This document shows, piece after piece, positions 1 through 9,856 of a DNA stretch of 37,632 nucleotides. This DNA comes from Tubiluchus corallicola (taxonomy: Eukaryota; Animalia; Priapulida). The stretch covers positions 1 through 37,632 of the forward strand of contig JAQGDQ010002437.1 of the NCBI GenBank assembly GCA_030141605.1, given 5' to 3'. Position 1 is the first letter of the stretch. Each line of letters starts with the position of its first letter. A program made the position numbers and the translations under genes. The notes under the pieces were generated by a model. The model did no database searches, was not told the origin of the DNA, and saw only the letters and a program-made list of their open reading frames with translations.

Positions 1-1
1 T

Positions 2-1294
2 GGCCTGCGGATCACCCGGCAGACCTCCGCTCATCGCTTCGGCGTTCAGCCCCGCATTTTCATCGAGACAGAGTTCCACCGGGATGGATGTATGGATATT
101 GGCGGCGGCAGCCATCGGAACAGGCTTTGCCGCCTGCTCGGTATCCGCATGGGACTGGTTACCTTTCAGGCAAACGAAAAGGCGCTCCTTGGCGCTGGAT
201 GCCTCGCCATGCTTGGAGGTGATCGAATACTTATGGTCCTTGGTCTTCATTCGGCTCTGACGCCCCAGACCGCCGATGATCTTTTTCATCTGTTGTTCGT
301 TCGGATAGGCATGATCGCGGTATGAAATAAGCCAGTGCGGGATATGGGTGGCGTTGCCGAGAAACTCCTGAAAGAAGTCGGAGGCGTTGCCCTTGGTGAC
401 CGTTACATGGCTGGTCTCGTAGTTTTTGACCTTGGTGTCCGACTTAATGGTCAGGCCATCCCAATACGTCATCAGCCCTTCGACAAAGTGATAGGCTTTT
501 TCGTAATTGGTGGTCGAAAACTCGGTGGCATACGGAGGATCAAAGTAAGCGAGGTCAGCTTTCACCTTGGGAAGGATCTCGTTAACATCCCCGCGATAGG
601 CTTTGTTCTCCTTGCCGTTATCGAATATCAGGGCGTTGATTCGCTCGATATTCGCTTTCAGGCGTTTTTTGAATTCATCAGGTGTGTCCTGACGTTTGCC
701 GTAATCGGTGGAAGACGAAAAGTGGCCGAATCCGCCTTTGCCGCTCATGCAGGTTTTGCCGAGAGCAAAAAGCGCGATGTCCTTTTTGTATCCGGATAGA
801 TCGTCGCAATTGGCTCTCAACGAGTCGATGAGTGCGTGAACGCCTTTGGCAAAGAAAATCCCTTTGAAATTGTCCTGAACAAAGGTTTTGGCTTTGGGGT
901 TGTCCGCCAGCAGTTTTTCGATCTCTGCCTCGGACAGTCGTGTCGAACTGTTCTCGACGATGGCTTTGGCTGCGTGATGACTGTAGCGAAGACGGTCATT
1001 GGCAAAAACCCGCAGCCCTTTGGATTTGTACATGTAAGCAACAACGGCCGAGCCGGAAAAGGCATCCAGAACGGAGGAAACTCCGTCCGGGGTATTACGC
1101 CAGATCCAGTCGACCAGTTTCTGTTTGCTGCCGATGTAGTTGGTGATGTACTTGGGGCGTTTCTCCGGGGGCTGCTCTTCAGGAGCCTTCTGTTCGGCTG
1201 CATCGGTCCCGAGCTCGTCGGGATCGATTGCGAGCGCCGCATCTGCCTCAAGGAGGAACGCCAGCCTTTCCAGGTCAGTGGCAAACATTTCCAT
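2..1294 (-). CDS. D12-class N6-adenine DNA methyltransferase with N- and C-terminal extensions; open at the left edge (not in ORF track)
   Basis: Manual translation from ATG 1294 (GGAG RBS at 1301-1304): MEMFATDLERLAFLLEADAA...YITNYIGSKQKLVDWIW...VLDAFSGSAVVAY...ADLAYFDPPY...; no stop seen before base 1. The + strand ORFs 92-325, 335-799 and 836-1456 are its codon-aligned antisense shadow. Confidence 0.88.
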   Translation of the reverse strand, partial: MEMFATDLERLAFLLEADAALAIDPDELGTDAAEQKAPEEQPPEKRPKYITNYIGSKQKLVDWIWRNTPDGVSSVLDAFSGSAVVAYMYKSKGLRVFANDRLRYSHHAAKAIVENSSTRLSEAEIEKLLADNPKAKTFVQDNFKGIFFAKGVHALIDSLRANCDDLSGYKKDIALFALGKTCMSGKGGFGHFSSSTDYGKRQDTPDEFKKRLKANIERINALIFDNGKENKAYRGDVNEILPKVKADLAYFDPPYATEFSTTNYEKAYHFVEGLMTYWDGLTIKSDTKVKNYETSHVTVTKGNASDFFQEFLGNATHIPHWLISYRDHAYPNEQQMKKIIGGLGRQSRMKTKDHKYSITSKHGEASSAKERLFVCLKGNQSHADTEQAAKPVPMAAAANIHTSIPVELCLDENAGLNAEAMSGGLPGDPQA

Positions 1295-1360
1295 CAAATT
1301 CTCCGGTTCAATCACTGTTATTTGCCCCGATCGCACCGGGCGAGCGGGAGGTTTCAGCGA

Positions 1361-1391
1361 TTACTTACCGGAAGGCTTCGAAATGTGTCGG
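1361..1391 (-). promoter_or_regulatory. Element promoter-like motif copy 1 (CCGAC-N16-CGGTAAGTAA)
   Basis: + strand TTACTTACCG-16 nt-GTCGG, about 66 bp upstream of the MTase start. Confidence 0.75.
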
Positions 1392-1457
1392 AAAGGCGTC
1401 TGCTTTTTTATGAAGGAATCTTCAAACAACCTATTTTGCTGATTTGTTGGGAATAAT

Positions 1458-1486
1458 TTGACTTCTCTATTATCATCCGTTATCTT
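1458..1486 (+). promoter_or_regulatory. Sigma70-type promoter of the R-M/AbiH cassette
   Basis: TTGACT-17 bp-TATCTT upstream of the 1531 start. Confidence 0.6.
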
Positions 1487-1530
1487 TTAATCTCAAATGT
1501 TAACTTTTAATACAAAGGAGTTTTGCAGAT

Positions 1531-1749
1531 ATGACAGAAAACGACAAATGGCTGACCGTGGAAGAGCTGGCGGCATATCTGAAGATGAGCCGAACCAAGC
1601 TTTATGCCATGACGCAGAAAGGTGAAATTCCGGCGTCGAAGATCAGGAACCAGTGGCGGTTTGACCGGGATGAAATTGACGAGTGGGTGAAGAATCAGAG
1701 GTATACTGCTCAAAAAGAATCTGAGGTCAGTAATGGGTTGTCATCATAA
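1531..1749 (+). CDS. Excisionase-like (HTH_17/MerR-type) DNA-binding protein, possible R-M regulator
   Basis: WLTVEELAAYLKMSRTKLY...GEIPASKI.NQWRF pattern; AAAGGAG RBS. Confidence 0.85.
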   Translation: MTENDKWLTVEELAAYLKMSRTKLYAMTQKGEIPASKIRNQWRFDRDEIDEWVKNQRYTAQKESEVSNGLSS

Positions 1750-1761
1750 AGTGAGGATATT

Positions 1762-3501
1762 ATGTCACATTTAACGCAACCTGCATTATTTGATCTGCTT
1801 GACACATCAGTATTCCCAAGATCAAAAACAGTGGATGAGGCAATAGAATCCTTGGCCTTAAACAGCGGCATAGAGGAAAGAGGTGCTGTTTTTACGCGAC
1901 TTGAAGTTGTTGAATTTATACTTGATCTTGTCGGGTATGTGGAAAACAAGCCTTTACATCGAGAAACTATTCTTGAGCCTTCTTTTGGTGAAGGAGATTT
2001 TCTTCTACCAATAGTCGACCGCTTAATTGCCTCGTGGAAAAAGCATAGTGGGAATTTTTCAAATGTATTCGCTGAATTGAGCGGAGCCATTTGTGGAGTA
2101 GAACTACATAAGGATACATTTGTCAGGACAAAACGGTTAGTTGTTAAGCGTCTTGAAAGTGAGGGAGTGTCAACATCCATCTCTTCTGAGATTGCTGATC
2201 GATGGCTGATACAAGGAGACTTCCTACTTGAACCTCTGAACTTAGATTTTAATTATGTTGTCGGCAATCCGCCTTATGTCCGTCAAGAGCGTATCCCGGC
2301 TCCTTTGCTTGCAGAATATCGTCAGCGCTACAAAACAATGTACGACAGAGCAGACCTTTATATCCCATTTATTGAACGCTCGCTATCGCTTATCGTTGAT
2401 GGGGGAATGTTTTGCTTCATATGTGCTGACAGGTGGATGAAAAACCGTTATGGCGGACCATTACGTGAATATATTGCAGAGGACTTTCATTTAAATGCAT
2501 ATATAGACATGGTTGGTACCGACGCCTTTCACTCAGATGTTAGCGCTTATCCAGCAATCACCGTAATCACCAAAGGAACCGTCGGAAAAACTCGGATAGC
2601 CCATAAACCGAAAGTTAATAGGGAAAGTTTATCAGCTATAGCATCAGATATATGTGCAAAAAACCTTCCTTCAGGTTCTGTCGTTCGCGAAGCAGCTGGT
2701 GTTGTGAAAGGATCGGAACCTTGGCTTCTTGAATCTTCGGACCAATTGTCTCTTGTTCGAAGTATTGAAAATGAATTTCCGACGATTGAGCAGGCAGGCT
2801 GCAAAGTTGGAATAGGTGTAGCTACAGGTTCTGACAAGGCGTTTATTGGCAGTTTTGACTCTCTTGATGTAGAACCTGATCGCAAACTCCCCATGGTCGC
2901 AACTCGTGATATAAAGTCAGGTGAAGTGATATGGAAAGGTCAAGGTGTTATCAATCCGTTTGCCGATGATGGTAGTCTTGTAAAATTGCAGGATTATCCA
3001 AAGCTGGCAAAATATTTTGACGCACGTAGAGAAATAGTGGAGAAGCGTCATTGTGCCAAAAAATCACCGGCAAACTGGTATAGAACAATAGATCGCATCT
3101 GGCCCGACCTGACCAAAAAACCTAAGCTGCTCATCCCTGATATTAAAGGAGAGGCTCATATTGTCTTTGAGCCCGGAGAACTTTATCCCCATCATAACCT
3201 TTACTACATTGTTTCAGACACGTGGGATTTAAGAGCATTACAGGCTGTACTTCTTTCAAATATCGCGAAGCTATTTGTTTCGACTTACTCAACGAAAATG
3301 CGTGGTGGTTACCTACGCTTTCAAGCACAGTATTTACGTCGCATTCGCATCCCATATTGGAAAGACGTTCCAGAAAACCTGAGGCAGGAGCTTATACTTG
3401 CCGCGAATGAAAGAAACGTCGATAACTGCAACAAAGCAGTTTTTAAACTTTACAAATTGAACCAAGAAGAACGATCTGCCCTTGGCGGAAATGGAGAATA
3501 A
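1762..3501 (+). CDS. Type II N6-adenine DNA methyltransferase (Eco57I/TaqI-C class, M.PaeR7I/XhoI-like)
   Basis: Motif [12 protein letters not shown], motif [18 protein letters not shown]; paired with a PaeR7I-like endonuclease. Confidence 0.92.
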   Translation: MSHLTQPALFDLLDTSVFPRSKTVDEAIESLALNSGIEERGAVFTRLEVVEFILDLVGYVENKPLHRETILEPSFGEGDFLLPIVDRLIASWKKHSGNFSNVFAELSGAICGVELHKDTFVRTKRLVVKRLESEGVSTSISSEIADRWLIQGDFLLEPLNLDFNYVVGNPPYVRQERIPAPLLAEYRQRYKTMYDRADLYIPFIERSLSLIVDGGMFCFICADRWMKNRYGGPLREYIAEDFHLNAYIDMVGTDAFHSDVSAYPAITVITKGTVGKTRIAHKPKVNRESLSAIASDICAKNLPSGSVVREAAGVVKGSEPWLLESSDQLSLVRSIENEFPTIEQAGCKVGIGVATGSDKAFIGSFDSLDVEPDRKLPMVATRDIKSGEVIWKGQGVINPFADDGSLVKLQDYPKLAKYFDARREIVEKRHCAKKSPANWYRTIDRIWPDLTKKPKLLIPDIKGEAHIVFEPGELYPHHNLYYIVSDTWDLRALQAVLLSNIAKLFVSTYSTKMRGGYLRFQAQYLRRIRIPYWKDVPENLRQELILAANERNVDNCNKAVFKLYKLNQEERSALGGNGE

Positions 3502-3503
3502 TA

Positions 3504-4244
3504 ATGGCTATTGATCTTGTTGAATACGAATCAAAAACTCGCGAAGCTATCAAAGGTTTCTGGGGAAGTAGAAGTGCGGCAAAACAAAAACAAAAAGAAT
3601 CTGGTAAATTAGATCAGGGTGAATGCGCAGGTGTTACCGCCGGGAAAAATATGGATGGATTCATCGACTTAATCATCGACATAATTCGTGCAAATGGACT
3701 TGAAGGTGCTGATATTCACCAGAAACGTGCAGTTTTGACGCTTCCAGGTTTTTTCCGACCCACAAAGCTATGGGATCTTTTGGTGATTTATAAGGGCGAG
3801 TTGATTGCTGCAATTGAGCTAAAAAGCCAAGTAGGCCCATCTTTTGGTAACAATTTCAACAACCGAACAGAAGAAGCCATAGGAACTGCACACGATTTGT
3901 GGACAGCTTACCGAGAAGGTGCGTTTGGAAATCAGCCTCGACCCTTTGTCGGTTGGCTGATGTTGGTTGAAGATGCTGACAAATCTCGTTCACCAGTTAG
4001 AGACAGCTCTCCTCATTTTGACGTTTTTGAAGAGTTTAAAGGAGCTTCTTATCTCCAGAGGTATGACCTGTTGTGTCAAAAGCTAACGAAAGAACAGCTT
4101 TATACCACAGCATCAATTCTTGCCTCACCAAGGGGAGCGGCCAAAACTGGTGATTTCTCTGAAATGTCAAAAATGACAGGGATAAAGACCTTTGTTACTT
4201 CCTTGGCTGGTCATATTGCCGCTGAAGCTGCTCGCCTGGATTAG
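3504..4244 (+). CDS. PaeR7I/XhoI-family type II restriction endonuclease (likely CTCGAG)
   Basis: 246 aa; [20 protein letters not shown] and [23 protein letters not shown] motifs typical of the family. Confidence 0.88.
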   Translation: MAIDLVEYESKTREAIKGFWGSRSAAKQKQKESGKLDQGECAGVTAGKNMDGFIDLIIDIIRANGLEGADIHQKRAVLTLPGFFRPTKLWDLLVIYKGELIAAIELKSQVGPSFGNNFNNRTEEAIGTAHDLWTAYREGAFGNQPRPFVGWLMLVEDADKSRSPVRDSSPHFDVFEEFKGASYLQRYDLLCQKLTKEQLYTTASILASPRGAAKTGDFSEMSKMTGIKTFVTSLAGHIAAEAARLD

Positions 4245-5137
4245 TGATGAGCACATTATATATCATAGGAAATGGCTTTGATTTATGGCATGAGTTGCCG
4301 ACTGGATTCGCGCAGTTTTATGAGTTTGCTAAAGAAACTTTGGATGAGCTTGAGCAATACTTGAATCTTGAATCATCCGATCAAAACTTGTGGAATAATT
4401 TTGAGCGTACTATAGGCAAATATGACTGGAAATCATTTTACGACACTCACAACAACCTCACCCCTCTAGATGACTCCTTTAGACCAAGTATGTGCTTTTG
4501 TCTGGAGGATGATATAACGGAGCAAACCGACAATTTGGTGGGAGAAATAAAGCAACAATTTTTTGATTGGATTGATTCGATTGACTTGGATGCTGCAGCA
4601 AGAAAATTGAAAATAGCTCCCAATTCCAGATTTCTTAGTTTCAACTATACCAACACATTAGAGAAAGTATATGGGGTTGATACATCGTCTATTTTTTACA
4701 TCCACGGAAGCGTCCATGCTTATGATGACTTAGTATTTGGTCACGGCGAGACCATGGTAGAAGAACCAGAAATTGATGAGCATGGCGATAGCAACCGAAC
4801 TATGTTTACTGATTCAGAAAACGCCGCTAAATATCCGTTCTATGCATTTCAAAAACCCGTGAAACAAATCATTGAGAATAATCCGGATTATTTCGATTCT
4901 CTGGAAAACGTCGATACTATCATCGTCATTGGCCATTCACTCAATGACATTGATTTACCGTACTTTCATAGAATTGTAGACACAACCAACGCTCAACGAT
5001 GGATAGTAAGTTATTACAATAATGATGAGACTATATGGCAGACCGATAAACTAAAGAAGTGCGGAATCAATCTCGACACTGTTTACCAATGCCATATAGA
5101 CAATATCAATTCCAGCATTGCCGAAATATTGTTGTAG
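4244..5137 (+). CDS. abiH: AbiH-family abortive infection protein (SIR2-like fold)
   Basis: LYIIGNGFDL, FNYT, IHGS and IGHSLNDIDLPYF motifs; start overlaps the REase stop. Confidence 0.82.
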   Translation: MMSTLYIIGNGFDLWHELPTGFAQFYEFAKETLDELEQYLNLESSDQNLWNNFERTIGKYDWKSFYDTHNNLTPLDDSFRPSMCFCLEDDITEQTDNLVGEIKQQFFDWIDSIDLDAAARKLKIAPNSRFLSFNYTNTLEKVYGVDTSSIFYIHGSVHAYDDLVFGHGETMVEEPEIDEHGDSNRTMFTDSENAAKYPFYAFQKPVKQIIENNPDYFDSLENVDTIIVIGHSLNDIDLPYFHRIVDTTNAQRWIVSYYNNDETIWQTDKLKKCGINLDTVYQCHIDNINSSIAEILL

Positions 5138-5158
5138 AAAAAAATAAGACTCGGCATC

Positions 5159-6022
5159 TCAAATATTTTTCAGTTTGATATCACTCAACACAGGAAGGTT
5201 GGTGCATCTGCAAAATGGATGTGCCGGTTGCCCCGGGAATTTATCAATTGGAAAGGTTTTACCATTGAGAGGCCCACAGACCGGACAGGTCCGCTCGTCA
5301 CCCATGGTCATCCACTCCAGCTTTTCAATTCCGACATGCTGGTGAAACTTGAGTCGCCCCATGTTGTGCGCCCGTAACACCTCAGTTCGGGCGATCATCT
5401 CCATGCGATATTGGGCTTTGCTGAAGACTTTTGTTCCGGCCTGATTGAAGGAATCCTTGTAGATGACAACCCGCCCAAGGTCCCGGACAATGTCATCCGT
5501 ACCTTTCCCTTCTATGATGCCCTGCATGATGACGCGCTTTATGCCGTCGGTCAGTTCCCGATTCACATCACCAGTCAGCGTCAGGTTGTATTGCGTCATG
5601 AAATCAAGGGCGTTGGTATCGACGATAGTGAATACCTTGGTGGCCAGCTTGTCGATACCTCCGGCCTTCAGGTCGGCATAGAAAGGTAGTGACGCCGATG
5701 TCAGTTCGGTAATGCCCTGAGCGATGCCGCCCTTGAACGCGTCCTTGGTACTTTTGCGGAAGACGAGCGTCTGGTCCCGTTTTAATTGGCGCAGAACATC
5801 GTCCAGCTCTCCCTGTAGCTTCTCCAGACCTTTCAAAGCCGCCAGCTTGTTGTCCGGCAGAGATCCCAGACTGCGGTATTTCAAAATGGCCTGAGCCACT
5901 TCCTGTTCAGCCTTGTTGAGGGACTGGGTCAGTTGGGCGGTAATGGAATCGTTGTAGCGGTTACGGGATTTCAGGCTTTTGAGCGTTGCCGCCTGAATGC
6001 GTTCTTTAAGGTCGGAGGGCAT
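5159..6022 (-). CDS. Phage minor head/head morphogenesis protein (SPP1 gp7/MuF family)
   Basis: MIARTE, DERTCPVC and HPFCRC motifs; directly downstream of portal. Confidence 0.85.
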   Translation of the reverse strand: MPSDLKERIQAATLKSLKSRNRYNDSITAQLTQSLNKAEQEVAQAILKYRSLGSLPDNKLAALKGLEKLQGELDDVLRQLKRDQTLVFRKSTKDAFKGGIAQGITELTSASLPFYADLKAGGIDKLATKVFTIVDTNALDFMTQYNLTLTGDVNRELTDGIKRVIMQGIIEGKGTDDIVRDLGRVVIYKDSFNQAGTKVFSKAQYRMEMIARTEVLRAHNMGRLKFHQHVGIEKLEWMTMGDERTCPVCGPLNGKTFPIDKFPGQPAHPFCRCTNLPVLSDIKLKNI

Positions 6023-6024
6023 GG

Positions 6025-7530
6025 TCAGGATTCCCGGCGGTCAATAAATCGGCAGGCCGGGGAATCGAAAGTGCGCTCGGAGTTGTGTACCCGGCAGCGG
6101 TTGGAGTCGGGATTGAAGTGACTGCATTCATCACACAGAGAAGCTGCCGCCGTTGCTTCCAGCTCCTCTGTATAGTGATTGTGTGCCTCGGTATCGAGAT
6201 CATTGCCGTCAGCGGGAATACCGAGCATCTTTCTGGCACTGGGAACACTCATGATTCCAGACACAACCATATCGACTACGGGCTTCACCTGCTTCTCATC
6301 CATCAGGTCAATGTTCTTGCGCTCGGTCTCACGATTTGCGGCTTCGATGTCCGGGTCCAGATCCATCTTGAGCTGCAGGCTGGAACGGCTGATCAGTTTA
6401 CGGTCATACAGCTCGATGAGCAGCTTCTTGAAGTCGACGGCATCACTTGGGTCGAAGTCATTGAAGATGAATTGCAGGGATTTGTCGCTGTGGCCTTTCA
6501 GTTCCATCCAGTCATCGAAGACCCAGTCGAGCAGTTTGCGGGCGGCCTGTTTGATCTCCCGGATCATGACCATCATTTTCTGCATGCTGACGGAGGCCGT
6601 GGCAAAATTGGGGCCGTCGCCGGTTACCAAGGAGCGTGAAAGGCCCAATGCCACCACAATGTCTTCTTTGACCTCCTTGACCTTGTCCTCGACGTTGAGG
6701 ACCTGGCCATCGGTGCCATGGGTTTCCACATTCACATAGAACGGGACCACAAGGCCGCTTTTCATATCCATCTTGTTGACCATGTCGCGGACCTGTTCCA
6801 GCATCCGCTGGTCGGGCATCACCATCTTCTGGCCGAAGGCACCGCCCACTTTGAGCAGGCGGAACGGAGTGGCCCAGCGCTTGGCAATAGCCTGTTCGGC
6901 TCGGCGATAGTCACGCAGCAGTTCGATGGCCTGAAAGGCGGGCAGAACCAGTGAGTTGCCTCTTGGTGAAAAGCCCGGGGCATCCCATTTCAAGTGGATG
7001 ACCTGATCCACCGGAAGGTCGATGGGGTCGCTGGCCGAGCCTGAATCTTCGGCATATTGCTTGGCTTCGATAAGCTCGCCTTGGGCATACTTCACCTTCA
7101 CCGAAACCGGATTGACGCACACCACTTCCTCGATGTCCTGACCGGAAGTTGCGTATCGTTTGAAGCCGACGGCATCGCCTTTGACCAGCAGCTGAAGGAT
7201 CATGTCCTTTATGAACTCCGAGACATCGAGTCTCCATGCGGTGCTGACCGCATCGTCTTTCAGCGTCTCGTCATCGCTGGTGATTTTGATTTCATCCCCG
7301 ACCGCAAAGGTGCGCCATGAATTGACGCAGTTCTTTACCAGCGGTTCTTCGACATAGTATTCCCAAGCCTTTCTGGCTCGCTCTTCCCATGTGGCCGGAA
7401 CCGCGTCCGACGCGTTTACTTTACTGAATGCAGATGCGTCGAGGGCTGCTGCTGCGGCCATGGGCACAATGGCATATCCATTGGATTCGTTGTCAGGCTG
7501 CTCGGTATCTGGCTGGGCGTTTGTATCCAC
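6025..7530 (-). CDS. Phage portal protein with C-terminal Cys/His-rich tail
   Basis: 501 aa between terL and the gp7-like gene; LLVKGDA, VIHLK...PRGNS and IVVALGLSRSLV are portal-like; GTG start with GAGG RBS. Confidence 0.78.
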   Translation of the reverse strand: MDTNAQPDTEQPDNESNGYAIVPMAAAAALDASAFSKVNASDAVPATWEERARKAWEYYVEEPLVKNCVNSWRTFAVGDEIKITSDDETLKDDAVSTAWRLDVSEFIKDMILQLLVKGDAVGFKRYATSGQDIEEVVCVNPVSVKVKYAQGELIEAKQYAEDSGSASDPIDLPVDQVIHLKWDAPGFSPRGNSLVLPAFQAIELLRDYRRAEQAIAKRWATPFRLLKVGGAFGQKMVMPDQRMLEQVRDMVNKMDMKSGLVVPFYVNVETHGTDGQVLNVEDKVKEVKEDIVVALGLSRSLVTGDGPNFATASVSMQKMMVMIREIKQAARKLLDWVFDDWMELKGHSDKSLQFIFNDFDPSDAVDFKKLLIELYDRKLISRSSLQLKMDLDPDIEAANRETERKNIDLMDEKQVKPVVDMVVSGIMSVPSARKMLGIPADGNDLDTEAHNHYTEELEATAAASLCDECSHFNPDSNRCRVHNSERTFDSPACRFIDRRES

Positions 7531-7605
7531 GTAATCCTCTCGGGTTATTTCCGGTTTAACGGCCGCACATCTCCCCGCTGTGGGGCGATCACGGCAACAC
7601 TGGGG

Positions 7606-7636
7606 TTACTTACCGGAGGGAGAGGAAAAACGTCGG
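7606..7636 (-). promoter_or_regulatory. Element promoter-like motif copy 2
   Basis: TTACTTACCG-16 nt-GTCGG in the terL-portal intergenic region. Confidence 0.75.
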
Positions 7637-7645
7637 AAAGGCGGG

Positions 7646-9172
7646 TTAAATAAAGACCGGCTCTGTCAGAACAGGTTTGAGCCAAACGGTCTCTTCCCCG
7701 GCAAGGTCGAGGTTGCCTTGCTCCCGAATGAGCATGGCACAGCGAACCGCGTCGATGATGTGGTCGTTGCCTTTGGAGTAGATAATCTTACCGTCCCGCA
7801 GGGTGTAAGTCTGGGTGGTGAACTGGTCTTCAATTTCCAGATCGTCTGACGGGAAGATGATCTGTTTGCGCTGGAGGGCACCGTTGATCAAGCTGGTCAT
7901 CAGTTCCTTTGTCCGCTTTTTAATTTCCTTGCCGTCGCGGATGGTGAGCCGGGTCATGCCGCCGAAGTCAAAACCTTTCAGTCGGCCTTCAAGTTCCAGC
8001 TCTTTGTATTTGTCGAGGGTCAATAGTTCCTGCACTACGGTCAGACCGTTGCCGCCATTATCCACGCCGATTCCAGCCGGAGTGAAATAACGTTCGAGCA
8101 GTGCGATGGTCTGGGCAATATGCGGATACGATACATGCTCCATGTGAAGGCGCAGCACCAGTTTCAGGAGACTGCGATCACCCACCTCGGCTTCCTGAAA
8201 GATAACCAGCTCGGTCGGGTCGTTTGTATATCCAAGGTCACCGCCAATCCAGAACAGTCCGGTTCGGGGCGTCAGGTTAAGCAGTAGTTCAAGCCGGTCA
8301 TAGGCGGCTTCCTCCGTTTCACAATCGCGCAGCTCGGTATCGGTAATGGTGACCTTCTGATACTCCAGCAATTCCTGACGGCAGAGATTGAACTGCTCCA
8401 CGTTGAACGTCCCGTAGGAAGGCTTTCCGTGTTCCCCGGCAACTTCATGCTGCCAGCCCGAGGTATCTTTGCCACCGTAGAACTCCAGCAGCTCCGACTC
8501 CCGTTCAGCGGTCCAGAACGGATTGAGCCACGATGCCCAGCGGAACACCCTGAACTGTTCCGACATGGTCAGTCGATAGTAGGTAGTGTTTCGCAGGCCG
8601 TTGGGCGTGGAATAGATTTTCAGACGGCCGCCTGTTTTCAGGCATTGTCTGAGAGCCTTCCATGCGCGTTCGGAAAGCCACGCTCCTTCATCCACCCAGA
8701 TCCGGCCGACATGAAGCGAGCGGAAAGCATCGCCATAGGCACCGGCCGGGCGGAAATAAAGAACCGATCCATTGGTAAACTCCAAACGGAAATACGGCTT
8801 CCGGGTGATTTTCGGTTTGCCATATTTCGAGAGTGCAATGCTGTTCATCAAGTCTTCATTGTGATCCAGCTGGTACTCGATTTCCTCGATGACCGTGTCG
8901 AGATGTCCCTGATGAGGAGCGGCAATCAATCCCTGTCCGCCGCGAGTCGTGAAGGCATAGTGCAGTGCATCCGTCGAAAGCACGATCGACTTGCCAACGT
9001 CACGGCCATCGAGGTGGATGATGTTTTTATGGGAGCAGCGGAGATCTTCCTTCTGATGGTCCCAATACGATCGTGCCGAACCGTCCCGGTTGTAGAGATA
9101 TGCTTGTCCCCACAAAACCGGGTCACGGAGAGTTTCGGCCAGCCTGCGCTCCTTATCAGAGACACCCATCAA
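7646..9172 (-). CDS. terL: Terminase large subunit
   Basis: Walker A GRDVGKS, Walker B IWVDEG, YSTP coupling motif, RNase H-like GGDLG...GVDNGG...DHIIDA. Confidence 0.9.
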   Translation of the reverse strand: MMGVSDKERRLAETLRDPVLWGQAYLYNRDGSARSYWDHQKEDLRCSHKNIIHLDGRDVGKSIVLSTDALHYAFTTRGGQGLIAAPHQGHLDTVIEEIEYQLDHNEDLMNSIALSKYGKPKITRKPYFRLEFTNGSVLYFRPAGAYGDAFRSLHVGRIWVDEGAWLSERAWKALRQCLKTGGRLKIYSTPNGLRNTTYYRLTMSEQFRVFRWASWLNPFWTAERESELLEFYGGKDTSGWQHEVAGEHGKPSYGTFNVEQFNLCRQELLEYQKVTITDTELRDCETEEAAYDRLELLLNLTPRTGLFWIGGDLGYTNDPTELVIFQEAEVGDRSLLKLVLRLHMEHVSYPHIAQTIALLERYFTPAGIGVDNGGNGLTVVQELLTLDKYKELELEGRLKGFDFGGMTRLTIRDGKEIKKRTKELMTSLINGALQRKQIIFPSDDLEIEDQFTTQTYTLRDGKIIYSKGNDHIIDAVRCAMLIREQGNLDLAGEETVWLKPVLTEPVFI

Positions 9173-9447
9173 TGCATTCCTTTGCGGATGGCAATTCCAA
9201 GAACCGATGAGATCAGCTCTGTGAGGATCTGCTGGACCGCCAATGTGTTCGTCCTGTTACTGACAGCTTCCTCAATATCCAGAATGGCCTGATCGAGTTC
9301 CTGCCATTCCACGTATTTCTGCCGGGCGGCTTCCATACGTTCGAATGCGTCGTCTATGCACCCGGCCGCCAGCTCGGAGCCGATATCGACCAGTGCCTGA
9401 CCGGCTTCCCGGATCGCTTCGCTGTTTTGTTCGAGTATTTCTTTCAT
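9169..9447 (-). CDS. Hypothetical helical protein
   Basis: 92 aa with 4-bp overlaps to both neighbours. Confidence 0.7.
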   Translation of the reverse strand: MKEILEQNSEAIREAGQALVDIGSELAAGCIDDAFERMEAARQKYVEWQELDQAILDIEEAVSNRTNTLAVQQILTELISSVLGIAIRKGMH

Positions 9448-9716
9448 TGTTCACTGTCCTCCGGGTTTGTGTTCGCCCAGCTATCCAGTGAATCAATGGC
9501 TTTCTGCAGACGCAGGCCGATTCCGACCAGACGCTCTGCATCCGGGTGCTTGGATTCGACCAGAGCCTTGTTTGCCTCCCGAACATATTCCGGGGTGTAG
9601 CGGTTCAGGGTGGATGTTGCCGACTGAATCTGCTCAGGCGGCCTGTACGTGGCGCAGCCAGCAACCATACCGGCCAGCGTCAATGGGATTACCCATTCGA
9701 GTGCTTTCTTTAACAT
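9444..9716 (-). CDS. Putative small lipoprotein
   Basis: MLKK plus hydrophobic stretch plus VAGC lipobox; AAGGAG RBS. Confidence 0.7.
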   Translation of the reverse strand: MLKKALEWVIPLTLAGMVAGCATYRPPEQIQSATSTLNRYTPEYVREANKALVESKHPDAERLVGIGLRLQKAIDSLDSWANTNPEDSEQ

Positions 9717-9771
9717 GTTGCGCTCCTTTGTTTTAGGGTTGTTGAATTAATGCAGAAACATCTCTGCAAAC

Positions 9772-9802
9772 ACTTGATTTCCAAGGGGATATAAGCGTCA
9801 TT
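9772..9802 (+). promoter_or_regulatory. Recombinase-operon motif ACTTGATT-N14-AGCGTCATT, copy A
   Basis: Same two blocks and spacing recur on the minus strand at 28467-28497. Confidence 0.6.
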
Positions 9803-9856
9803 GGACATGACGCGGGACGGTCCCGCAGAACCATAAACCGAAGCAGGAGACGCCCC

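Noticed and set aside
92-1456. Plus-strand ORFs 92-325, 335-799, 836-1456 and minus-strand ORF 817-1284
   Set aside because: Antisense shadows or an off-frame overlap of the minus-strand methyltransferase, which has clear catalytic motifs.
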